58,935 nt of DNA from Gemmatimonadota bacterium (GCA_007122885.1 SKSR01000132.1:1-58935); one strand, 5' to 3'. Positions 46,337-55,291 are shown, counted from the stretch's first letter. The notes: a model not told the origin generated them from the sequence alone. Numbers and translations are program-made.

Positions 46337-47674
46337 TCAGCGGACCTGGTTCCCGGCGATCCAAACGCCGTGGAGTTCCCGGGTATTCAGGATGTCCTGG
46401 GTCGGATCTCCATCCAGAACCAGAAAGTCCGCCCACGCTCCGGGCTCGAGGGTGCCGACGATCCCGCCCAGGCCCATGCACGCCGCCGCTTGTCCGGTGG
46501 TGGAGAGGAGAACGTCCACGGGAGTCATTCCCGCGTTCACCATTCGCTCGAGCTCCAGGTGCTCGAAGTAACCCTGGAAGCGGCCGTATGGCCCCGTATC
46601 GGTGCCCATGGCGACCGGAACCCCGGCGTCATGGAGCCGCACCATGTTCTCCTCGGCCACCGGCAATGCTTCCCGCCAGAACTGGGCTCCGGAACTCTCG
46701 CGGTATTCGGCCTGCGTTTCCGGATCCTCCAGGTCGGCGATCACCTCAGGGTCCGCACGTTCCAGGAAGAATGGATCGTCGAAGAATTCCGGGCGCTCGG
46801 CGTACACGAAGGTGGACACCTCCCGCATGAGCGTGGGAGTGTAGCAGACCTCCCGGTCCACGAGGAGGTCGATCAGCTCTTGGTCCACAGGCCCGTCCCG
46901 AACGCTGTGGGCCACCACGTCGGCACCGGCCTCCACCACCCCCTTGGCGTCCTCCAACTGATAGATGTGCACGGCCACGGGAAGGTTCCGCTCTCGCGCC
47001 TCATGGATGATGGTCTCGTAGACCTCCGGAGCCATCTTTTCCGCTTGGCCCAGGAAGTCGTCGACCCGGAACTTCACCCAATCCACGTCCATAGCCGCCA
47101 AGGCGGCCACATCCTCCCGGGCCTCCTCGGGGCTGCCGGGGTTGATCACCGGTCCCGCCACAAAAAGGCGAGCCCGGTCCAGGCCGGGGCTCCACTGTTC
47201 GTCTCTGACCTGCACCCCGTCGTCCGTGTCTCCGCCCAGGCTCACCACGGTAGTGACCCCGTAGTGCCCGTAAGTTTCGAGCTGCTGGAGGACTGCCTCC
47301 CGGTCTCCGCCGGAATGTCCGTGGGCGTTGACGAGGCCCGGGATCAGCCAACGACCTTCGAGGTCGATTACCTGGGCTTCGGGGGGAACGTCCACCTCCT
47401 GGGCCGGTCCTGTCGCCCGCACGATCCCATCCTCCACCAGGAGGACCCCGTCCTCGATCCAGGGGGAACCGGTGCCGTCGAAGATCCGGGCCCCTGTAAA
47501 AGCCTGGAGCTCTCCTGTTTCCGGGCCCACCGCGGAGCTGTTCGTCGGCGGGCCCTCGGCTTCTCCCACCTGGCAGGCGGCGGCCACCGTCAAGACGAGC
47601 ACCAATGCTCCGATGCCGGCTCGGTGGCCCGAGGGTCCGTGGGGCCTTGCATGGAGGATGGTGGAGGTGCTCAT
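46337..47674 (-). CDS. Amidohydrolase-family metal-dependent hydrolase, probable lipoprotein
   Basis: Lipobox-like LTVAAAC. LIPGLVNAHGH (HxH metal motif), VAVHIY, VAHSV and AMGTDTG motifs. Confidence 0.8.
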   Translation of the reverse strand: MSTSTILHARPHGPSGHRAGIGALVLVLTVAAACQVGEAEGPPTNSSAVGPETGELQAFTGARIFDGTGSPWIEDGVLLVEDGIVRATGPAQEVDVPPEAQVIDLEGRWLIPGLVNAHGHSGGDREAVLQQLETYGHYGVTTVVSLGGDTDDGVQVRDEQWSPGLDRARLFVAGPVINPGSPEEAREDVAALAAMDVDWVKFRVDDFLGQAEKMAPEVYETIIHEARERNLPVAVHIYQLEDAKGVVEAGADVVAHSVRDGPVDQELIDLLVDREVCYTPTLMREVSTFVYAERPEFFDDPFFLERADPEVIADLEDPETQAEYRESSGAQFWREALPVAEENMVRLHDAGVPVAMGTDTGPYGRFQGYFEHLELERMVNAGMTPVDVLLSTTGQAAACMGLGGIVGTLEPGAWADFLVLDGDPTQDILNTRELHGVWIAGNQVR

Positions 47675-48090
47675 CGCGGGGCTTCTTCCCGTATGGGGTG
47701 GGACGGCTACGAGGTAGGCACATTAGGGCGGGTTGCGGACCTACGGCAAGGAGCGGACGGAGATGGGAAGGGGGGCGACGGGCGAGATCCGCGGAATGCC
47801 TCGAGGTCGTTCTCCACCGCTTCGAAGCCACGGTGAGGACACGGTCCGGCTCGCGAATCCCAATCGCCCGCCCGTTCGCGGCCGTTGCACGTATCTCTTC
47901 CGCCCACCGACGTCGTCTTGTGTGGCGGAAGGAACCCACGCAGCATGTGTACCGGCCGCGTTGGGCCGTGCGGTCGCTTCCCCACTCTCGATCTCGGGAG
48001 TCTGAACGCAGTGGCGGCGGACGCCGGCTCGCCTCCCCATCACTGGCTGACCGCGGCCCTCCCTGCACACGAGCAAGGTGCCCGTCCGAC

Positions 48091-48849
48091 ATGAAAGCGT
48101 ATCATCTCGATCTTGCCCCCGAGGCGACGGGGGGAGCACGCTTCGCCTTCCTCCCCGGCGATCCGGGCCGCGTGCCGGGGATCGCCCGCGCGTTCGATGC
48201 GGAAGCCCGGGAGGTGGCCTCGAAGCGCGAGTACCGAAGCTTCGCGGGCTCCATGGAAGGACACCCGGTTCTTGTGACCTCCACCGGGATCGGAGGACCT
48301 TCGACTTCCATCGCGGTCGAGGAGCTCGCCCACCTGGGGGTGAGAACGTTTCTCCGGGTGGGAACCACCGGGGGGATTCGGGATGAGTTGGCTCTGGGCG
48401 ATGTGGTCATCACCACGGGGGCGGTCCGGTTCGACGGCGCCTCCTCCGAGTACGCTCCCCCGGAGTTTCCCGCCGTGGCCCACCACGAGGTTGTGGAGGC
48501 CCTGGTGGCCGGCGCCCGGACCGAGGAGGTGCGGTACCACGTTGGGATCACCGCGTCGACGGATACCTTCCACCCCGGACAGGAGCGGTCGGGCTCGTAC
48601 GGAGGGGGACTCCTCCACCGGCTCCAGGGCCGGACCGAGGAGCTTCGGCGCCTCGGGGTCCTCAACTACGAGATGGAGGCTGCTACTCTTCTCACCATGG
48701 GTGCGGCCCTGGGGCTCCGGGCCGGATGCGTGACCGGGGTCGTGGCGGACCGGACCCGTAGCGAAGCGGTCCATCCGGAGGCTCTGGCCGAAGGAGAACG
48801 GAACGCGGTTCGGGTGGCGGTTCGAGGGATGCGGTTGCTTCTGCAGTGA
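48091..48849 (+). CDS. udp: Uridine phosphorylase
   Basis: Near-colinear similarity to E. coli Udp as I recall it (LPGDPGRV, STGIGGPSTSIAVEELAHLGVRTFLRVGTTG, RFDGASSEYAPPEFPAVA, FHPGQER, NYEMEAATLLTM). ATG at 48091. Confidence 0.9.
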   Translation: MKAYHLDLAPEATGGARFAFLPGDPGRVPGIARAFDAEAREVASKREYRSFAGSMEGHPVLVTSTGIGGPSTSIAVEELAHLGVRTFLRVGTTGGIRDELALGDVVITTGAVRFDGASSEYAPPEFPAVAHHEVVEALVAGARTEEVRYHVGITASTDTFHPGQERSGSYGGGLLHRLQGRTEELRRLGVLNYEMEAATLLTMGAALGLRAGCVTGVVADRTRSEAVHPEALAEGERNAVRVAVRGMRLLLQ

Positions 48850-49055
48850 CCGACCGCGATGGCGCCCTGGCGGTCGGTGATCCGGCCGTAGGCGGGGACA
48901 GCTTCGGTCGAGTAGTCGGGACGGCCGGGTTCGGGCCGGCGGCTGCTGATGGTATAAAACATGTCTTCATAGGCACTTATGCTCGTCACTGTGGAAAGTG
49001 TCTGACAAAGTCAAAGGGTAGGCTCGGGTCTTAGGCAGGAATCCTCCCGAAGGGG

Positions 49056-49376
49056 ATGGGACGCGAGGGGCAAGTCCCCGTGGACGCTGAGGCCCTCCGG
49101 CAGATCTTCGAGTCCTTCTTTACTACCAAGAACGACGAAGAGCCGACCGGCCTGCGGCTTGCCATCGCCTATGGCATCGTCCAGCACGGCGACGGCGAGC
49201 TCGATGTGGAGAACGTTCCCGGCAGCGGCCCGACCTTCCGGATCGACCTTCCCCGAGCCGATCCGGAGCCCGATCCGGCGTGGGAGCACGCAAGAGCCCG
49301 CGCCCGGAAGGCCCGTCCGGAGGCGCGGCCCCCTTGGGCCGTCGCCTCGGTAGTGTATCCGGGCTCGCCTCCTTGA
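49056..49376 (+). pseudogene. 5-prime-truncated histidine kinase fragment (C-terminal part of HATPase_c only)
   Basis: Only EALRQIFESFFTTKNDEEPTGLRLAIAYGIVQHGDGELDVENVPGSGPTFRIDLP (F-box and a degenerate G2 box) is present. No H-box, N-box or G1 box upstream; an in-frame TAG lies just upstream. Confidence 0.55.
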
Positions 49377-49397
49377 GGGCCGTGGCCCCGCTGGGGA

Positions 49398-50504
49398 ATG
49401 TGGCGTCTCCCCCATTCGTTCCCGGAATCGACTCCTTCGTTCCCCTTGGTACGCATCCGTTCCTGTTCGAGGGCGCGGTGCTCGGCCCCTCCCTATCGTT
49501 CCAATGTTTCCGGCGAGTGGATGGAGGCCCGGGTCGTGTACGGGCCGGACGCGCTCGACGTGGGGATGCGGATGCACGACACCGAACCGCGCGTGATCTC
49601 CGCGCGGCTCACCCGGAGGGACGCCTGGTCGAACTTCTCGGACTGGGCGATGGTGATCGTCGACAGCCGATTCGACCGGCGATCCGCCTTCGGCTTGGCT
49701 GTGAATCCATTGGGGGTTCAGCGCGACAATTACTTCTTCGCCGACGGCCGCCAGGGCTTGTCCTGGGTGGTTGTGTGGGGGGCGGTCTCCTCCGTGGAAG
49801 TCCACTTCGGCCCCTCATTCGCCCGCAATGTGAACCACCGGCAGTTCGTGACCGCGTTCGAGGACCCCGGGGCCGCCACCACCTTCGGCCGACGGATCGT
49901 CTTCGGGGATCTGGACCAGACCACGGTTGCCGCCAACCTGCGAGTGAACTGGACCTTCACCCCCAACCTCTCGCTGGAGCTGTTCGCGCAGCCCTACGCA
50001 TCCGCAGGATCGTACTCACGGCTCAAGGAGTTCACCACCCCGAGAGCGCTGGAGTTTGCCGTATGCGGATCCGACCGCGGGATGTTCTGCCGCCTCCCGG
50101 GAGTCTACGCGATCCATCCGACCGCGGCGGTGGCCTGCCCGGCGGGGACCGGGAATGAGATGCAGGGGGCCGGGCTCCACCCCCTGGGCCATCCCGACTT
50201 CACCTTCCGCTCACTTCGCGGCAACGCGGTTCTCCGCTGGGAGTATCGCCCCGGCTCCACCCTTTTCGCCGTCTGGCAACAGGACCGCTCCGCAAGCGCC
50301 GCCTTCGGTGACCTCGCGTGGAGCCGGGACGCCGGTGACTTCCTGCGCCAGCCTGGACGACACGTACTGATGCTGAAGGGGAGCTACTGGTTGGGGCGAT
50401 CGGCCCCCACCCGTCATTGGCTCCAGGGGAAGGTTGAAATGCCCATTCTCCTGCCCGGACACCTTCCGGGGCACACGGTGTACCGTGTTTCAGCGCGTCC
50501 ATGA
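49398..50504 (+). pseudogene. Internally deleted, N-terminally truncated CBM9/DUF5916-family paralog
   Basis: Retains a CBM9-like piece (EARVVYGPDALDVGMRMHD...DWAMVIVDSRFDRRSAFGLAVNPLGVQRDN) and the family C-terminus (NLRVNWTFTPNLSLELFAQPYASAGSY...LRGNAVLRWEYRPGSTLFAVWQQDRS...MLKGSYWLG). It lacks the signal peptide and several hundred residues present in the 783-aa paralog at 55292-57643. It remains in frame, so it may still be expressed from ATG 49521. Confidence 0.55.
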
Positions 50505-51703
50505 TGCCTGCGGCGGTATACGTCCGGCGCCGACCCGCGCCGTCCAACCTCCCCCTGGACTCCCTCACCCGCTTGCGCGACGACACTCGCCGCTGGCTAC
50601 TCATCGGCCTATGTGGATGGACGGCGATCCTGGCGATCAGCTTCGCCGACATCGGCTTTCAGGCAATGAGCCAGGGGCGCCCCCTCACGGAGAGCTGGCC
50701 CGAAGTGCTCCGGATGAGCTTCTTGTGGGCCGGTCCGGGAGCGGTCCTATCCGTTGTGGTCTTCCTCCTGTTCGAGCGGCTCGTTCGCCCGGAACACCGA
50801 CTGGGGGCGCGACTGGGGAGGTACGCCGGGATCGGTCTCGTCTACTGGCTGGGGTGGTCCGGCATCCAGGCCACACTCCTTCCATGGGCCGCCCGTATGG
50901 AGACGCCCTTCGGGTCCAGGTTTGCCTGGGCGGCAGTAGCGATGGCGTTCAGCGGCACGCTGATCTACGCGGCGATGGCGGGGATCCACACTGCGGCCCA
51001 GAACGCAGCGGCCGCCCGTCGGCAGGAACGGCGCGGCGCGGAGCTCCGCCGGGAGCTGGAGCGGGCGCGCACCTCGGCTCTCTCCGCAAGGCTCAACCCG
51101 CACTTCCTCTTCAACACCCTCCACGTTGCCTCCGGGTTGATGGGGCGGGACCCCGACGGATCGCGGAGGGTGCTGGCGGATCTCCGGGAGCTCCTCGCTC
51201 AAGCCCTCGAAAGGGACGACCGGGACCTCGTCCCCCTGCAGGATGAACTGCGGTTGGTGGAGGGATACCTGCGGATCCAACGCGCTCGCTTCGGAGACCG
51301 CCTGGAGGTCCGCTCCGAGGTGGCACCCGAGGCCCGGTCGGTGCTGGCGCCCCCCCTTCTCCTGCAGCCGCTGGTGGAGAATGCTGTGCAGCACGGCATC
51401 GCTCTGGCACCTGCGGGAGGGTGCGTTCGGATCTCAGCCCACCTCCGGGGCCACCGGCTGCACCTGGCGGTGGAGGACACGGGCACCGGTGAGCCGAGTG
51501 AGCTGCATCCGCCGATTGAGCAAGTGGGTCTCGGTGGGGTCCGGGCGCGGCTCGAGCTGATCTTCGGGGACGCCGCAATAGCCAGCTTCTCGCCCCTTCC
51601 GAGCGGTGGGTTCCGGGCCGCCCTCTCCTTTCCCAGTGTCCGTGCCGAGGCGCCCCAGCCGGTGCCCGGTCCCCTCCACCTGCCGACCGGCCATGCGGAG
51701 TAA
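50501..51703 (+). CDS. LytS/YehU-type sensor histidine kinase (His_kinase PF06580 type)
   Basis: N-terminal TM helices, LNPHFLFNTLHVASGLM (H-box), LLLQPLVENAVQHGI (N-box), VEDTGTG (G1), GLGGVRARLE (G2). ATGA overlap with the upstream ORF stop. Confidence 0.85.
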   Translation: MMPAAVYVRRRPAPSNLPLDSLTRLRDDTRRWLLIGLCGWTAILAISFADIGFQAMSQGRPLTESWPEVLRMSFLWAGPGAVLSVVVFLLFERLVRPEHRLGARLGRYAGIGLVYWLGWSGIQATLLPWAARMETPFGSRFAWAAVAMAFSGTLIYAAMAGIHTAAQNAAAARRQERRGAELRRELERARTSALSARLNPHFLFNTLHVASGLMGRDPDGSRRVLADLRELLAQALERDDRDLVPLQDELRLVEGYLRIQRARFGDRLEVRSEVAPEARSVLAPPLLLQPLVENAVQHGIALAPAGGCVRISAHLRGHRLHLAVEDTGTGEPSELHPPIEQVGLGGVRARLELIFGDAAIASFSPLPSGGFRAALSFPSVRAEAPQPVPGPLHLPTGHAE

Positions 51704-52916
51704 GATGCTTCGCCACGCTGTCATCCCGGCGCGGGGGCAGCACTGGTCCGCGCGGGAATGGCTGATGACCGGCGCCGCCGCCTGGATGGCCATGACCCTG
51801 CTGTATGTGGTGGTCATCGGCCTTCGGCGGATGAATGTGGGCCTGCCGTTCGCCGACGGGTGGCCACAGGTGGGACTTACCGTTGCCACTTTACTCATTG
51901 CCGCCCTTCTTTGCCCACTGGTGGTGCTGGCGGTTCGGCAGGTGCGGCGTGTCTCGCTACCAGCGCCGCTCCGCATTACGACATACGTGCTGCTCGGGAT
52001 CGCCTACTGGGTGGGATGGGCGGCGCTCGTGGCGCTCCTTTTCCCCTCCGAAGGTGCAACGTTGGTGGGCAGTTGGCACTTTCTTCCGCGCGATACGTCA
52101 GAGCCGTTGCTCCCTTTCCCGCCCGCCGATGCGACGTGGGTGGAGGCCGTGTCTGGCACAATGGTGAGGGGGGCCCTGATCATCCTGACTGTTCATGCCG
52201 TGGTCGTCACCGTCTTCGAGGCACTTTGGAACCTGGACCAGGCACGAAAGGCGGAGGCAAAGGCGGTAGCCATGCAAGCTGAGCTCGTGGCGACCGAAGC
52301 GGCCGAGCGCAAGGCGCGGCTCAACCCCGGGCTGGTGTTCGAGTCGCTGGACACCGCCTCCCACCTGATGGGCGTGGATGAGCGCGCCGCGCGCAGGGTA
52401 CTGGCCGACTTGAGCGAGCTCCTCCGCGTCTCCCTGGGACGGGAGGGCGTGCAGCTGATTCGGCTCAAGGACGAACTGCATCTTCTGCTGCGGTACCTGC
52501 GTATCCGTCTCGCGCACATACGAGCCACACCGAAACTCGAACTCCGAATTCCCCGTGCCGCCGAGGTCTGGCCCGTCCCTCCGCTTGTCTTGATGTCGCT
52601 GCTGGACGAGGTGCTCCGCAGTGTGGAGGATGGGGACGGCAGGCCGATCCGGTTTGCCGTTTCGGCGACGGAGGCCCAGGGGGCGGGTGGCCTCCGACTT
52701 TTCCTGGAGCTTTGCGGCCTGGAACGCACGGAAAGGCCTCCTGTGGCGACCGGAGGAGGCATTGCGGACGCCCTCATCCGGCTCCGAGCCGCCTACGGTG
52801 CGGACGCCACTGTGGAAGTGGTTCCTGGGCCCGATGGAGGGATTCGGATCGAGGTGGCGCTCCCGGCTCACGCCCAAACCAATATCCATCTGCACCCGAT
52901 GTCCCATGCTCGCTGA
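51693..52916 (+). CDS. Degenerate LytS-like paralog (probable pseudokinase)
   Basis: Same architecture as the upstream kinase, but the H-box reads LNPGLVFESLDTASHLM (His replaced by Gly), the N-box position reads SLLDEVLRSV, and no DxGxG is visible. 11-nt overlap with the upstream gene. Confidence 0.7.
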   Translation: MRSKMLRHAVIPARGQHWSAREWLMTGAAAWMAMTLLYVVVIGLRRMNVGLPFADGWPQVGLTVATLLIAALLCPLVVLAVRQVRRVSLPAPLRITTYVLLGIAYWVGWAALVALLFPSEGATLVGSWHFLPRDTSEPLLPFPPADATWVEAVSGTMVRGALIILTVHAVVVTVFEALWNLDQARKAEAKAVAMQAELVATEAAERKARLNPGLVFESLDTASHLMGVDERAARRVLADLSELLRVSLGREGVQLIRLKDELHLLLRYLRIRLAHIRATPKLELRIPRAAEVWPVPPLVLMSLLDEVLRSVEDGDGRPIRFAVSATEAQGAGGLRLFLELCGLERTERPPVATGGGIADALIRLRAAYGADATVEVVPGPDGGIRIEVALPAHAQTNIHLHPMSHAR

Positions 52917-53682
52917 ACTTACGGCGATCATCGTCGACGACGAGCCGGTTGCCCGCGATCTCCTGCGTTCCATGCTCGCGACGGTAGAAGGCGGCGGGGG
53001 GATCCACGTGGTTGCAGAGTGCCGCGATGCATCGGAAGCGATCCGTGCCATCCGCGAGCACGCTCCCGATGTCGTCTTCCTCGACGTGGAGATGCCCGGC
53101 GGGGACGGGTTCGGGGTGATCGAGGCCGTCGGCGCGGCGAGCATGCCCGCGGTGGTGTTCGTGACCGCCTACGACCACTATGCGATCCGGGCTTTCGAGG
53201 TCGTGGCCACCGACTACCTGCTCAAGCCCTTCGATGAGGAGCGCCTCGAGAACACGCTTGCTCGCCTAGTGAGCCGCCTGCGGCAGCCGGACGAGGGGGA
53301 GGAGCGCCGGATCCTCCACCTTTTGGAAGAACTCCGCACCCACCGCCGCTACCCCACGCGGTTGGCGGTGGAGGTCGGCGACCACCGCATTTTCCTACCC
53401 ACCGAGCGGATCGACTGGATCGAGGCGAAGGGAAAGCACTCGCTGGTGCACGCGCGGGAGAAAACGTACGTGGTGCGGGAAGGGCTCACAGCCCTCACCG
53501 AGCGGCTGGATCCGGCGGAGTTCATCCGCATCCACCGTTCCAGCACTGTCCGGATCGACCGGATTCGCGAGATGCACCGTTGGTTCCGAGGGAACTACCA
53601 CTTCGTCCTGGCCGATGGGACGGAGCTTGACTCCGGGAGCACCTACAGGAAGGCCATCGAGGAGACGTTGTTGGGGGAGTGA
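52906..53682 (+). CDS. LytTR-family response regulator
   Basis: Receiver (IIVDDEPVARDLL..., VVFLDVEMPGGDGF, VVFVTAYDHYAIRAFEVVATDYLLKPF) plus a LytTR DNA-binding domain (IDWIEAKGKHSLVHAREKTYVVREGLTALTERLDPAEFIRIHRSSTVRIDRI). 11-nt overlap with the upstream gene. Confidence 0.9.
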   Translation: MLAELTAIIVDDEPVARDLLRSMLATVEGGGGIHVVAECRDASEAIRAIREHAPDVVFLDVEMPGGDGFGVIEAVGAASMPAVVFVTAYDHYAIRAFEVVATDYLLKPFDEERLENTLARLVSRLRQPDEGEERRILHLLEELRTHRRYPTRLAVEVGDHRIFLPTERIDWIEAKGKHSLVHAREKTYVVREGLTALTERLDPAEFIRIHRSSTVRIDRIREMHRWFRGNYHFVLADGTELDSGSTYRKAIEETLLGE

Positions 53683-54380
53683 TGCCGACACGCCGCATTT
53701 GATCCGCAGCACTCCCCCAGGCCGACGCGTGCCCCACTGCCCGCCCCGGCTTCGGCGGTGCGTTCGTTGCCTGCCGCTATCGTCTCCATCTTCGACACGA
53801 CCTTCCTGTTCCTCCGCCGGTGTCAGGGCAGCACCGGTGATGTCAGGGCCCAGTCCTGTAGTGCGCTGTCCCGTGAAGTTGTCTCGATGTGGGGGATGAC
53901 CTGCAGATGACCGGATTCCGTCGCTACCCTGCCTTCTGTACTGCCAGCCTTCGACCTCGTCATCGGACACCTCAAGAACGAACTCGTGTTCATCAGGCCG
54001 GGCAAGGAGTTGCGACAAAGGGTCGCGGTGACCTCGGAGGTGTATCAGCCGCGGGTTGAGCTGCACTGCCCGCTCGTGGGGCGTGTGCTCGTCTGGGTCG
54101 GACACGATCTTTGCACCCACCACCGCCGGCTCGACGCGTCTGGGGTCCGGGGAAATCGTGGCTCGGCGCGGCACGCCCCTCAGCTCCCGAGCCAGTACGT
54201 TGCCTTCACCATGAACACGTTCCTGCCCGGCTCGCCGAAGAGGAACCTACCTCATACACAGTGAGCTTTCTCCACCCCCGACCCGTCTGAAGTAGCGAGG
54301 ATCGAGTTTTCGCTTCTCGACTGATTGGGGCAACTCCTAGAGAGACCGTGACGTGGATCGCTGATTCCGCTGGAGGAGGT

Positions 54381-54419
54381 GTTCATTCCTGCTGGAAGCT
54401 GTTCGTTCCTCGTTCGTGG
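54381..54419 (+). promoter_or_regulatory. Phased GTTC(A/G)T direct repeats, candidate LytTR/AlgR-type binding boxes
   Basis: GTTCATTCCT (54381-54390) and GTTCGTTCCT (54401-54410) lie exactly 20 bp apart. They are followed by CGTTCGTGG (54411-54419), which resembles the AlgR box CCGTTCGTC. Confidence 0.3.
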
Positions 54420-54447
54420 CTGCGGGCTGTCCCTGGGGGTATATATC

Positions 54448-54465
54448 TGTCACTGGTGTCACTGG
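54448..54465. repeat. Perfect tandem duplication of a 9-mer
   Basis: TGTCACTGG TGTCACTGG read directly from the sequence. It is preceded by a TATATA patch. Function unknown. Confidence 0.9.
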
Positions 54466-54625
54466 CCGGGCGAATGTCGGAACCCGCGTTTCCCTGAACG
54501 ACTCCTTTTTCTCGGAGCAGCGACGGATCCATGACCGCCCCTCCTCTTCGTTGGCGACGGCTTCGCCCGGGCCGATCTGGAGCGAGCCTGACCCCGCGCG
54601 CGACGCGCTAAGGGATGCAGGGGGG

Positions 54626-55043
54626 ATGGACGCCATTTGCTGGCTCTTCATCGGGACCGCCGTGGTCACCCTCCTGGCCAACCCGCTCTTCGGGCTCCTG
54701 GCGCTGGGCGGCACCATCGGCGCCATCTTGGGGCCCTGGCTCGCTTCTCGGCTGGCCGAGCTGCTCGGCTCCTCCAGCTTGCTCCTGGTGGCCGTGGCCT
54801 TCCTCGGGCTCGGTGTGGTGGCGGCCTGGGTGGTGGCGTACCTCCAGCCGGAGCGGAAAGTGGCGAGGGCGGCTGCCGTCGAGGCGGACACTGATGAGGA
54901 CGATGAGGAGCGGCCGCCCGCCGTCGACGAGGCCGCCGTCATCGGCGCGAGCTCGTGGGAAGGCTTTTGCCGCGGCCCTCCTTCACCCGTACCTCCTGGG
55001 CATCGCTGGCTACGTCGTGATCCTCACCCTGTCCGCGCAGTGA
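54626..55043 (+). pseudogene. Remnant of an MFS-type transporter (TLC/Npt-like), frameshifted and truncated
   Basis: TM-rich MDAICWLFIGTAVVTLLANPLFGLLALGGTIGAILGPWLASRL...LLLVAVAFLGLGVVAAWVV in one frame. It continues as GKAFAAALLHPYLLGIAGYVVILTL in another frame and then stops. This is only about a third of a normal transporter. Confidence 0.45.
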
Positions 55044-55291
55044 AGCTGGTTATGCCAAATCGATCCCGCGGCCCCGTTCTGAACCCTGCTTGCATTGGAG
55101 ACCTCTCGATGCGTTGCTTCCTGGCCGGTCTGCTGGACATGGTATTCTCGTCAGAAGGCTTCAGTTTGTCCCGGTGGATTCGCCCTCGTCCAGGGGGTGG
55201 TCGGGTGGGGCTTGGAAACGTGCGGCGTAAAGCTCTTCGCCACGCACCGGAAGGCTCGCTCTCCCCGGCGAGCAAGGACCGCCGAAAGGTC

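Noticed and set aside
53395-54174. 259-aa minus-strand ORF as a possible gene (faint Uma2/DUF820-like stretch).
   Set aside because: Its 3-prime third overlaps the well-supported LytTR regulator gene in antisense. The similarity is too vague to call. The non-overlapping part is kept as an unassigned interval in the findings.
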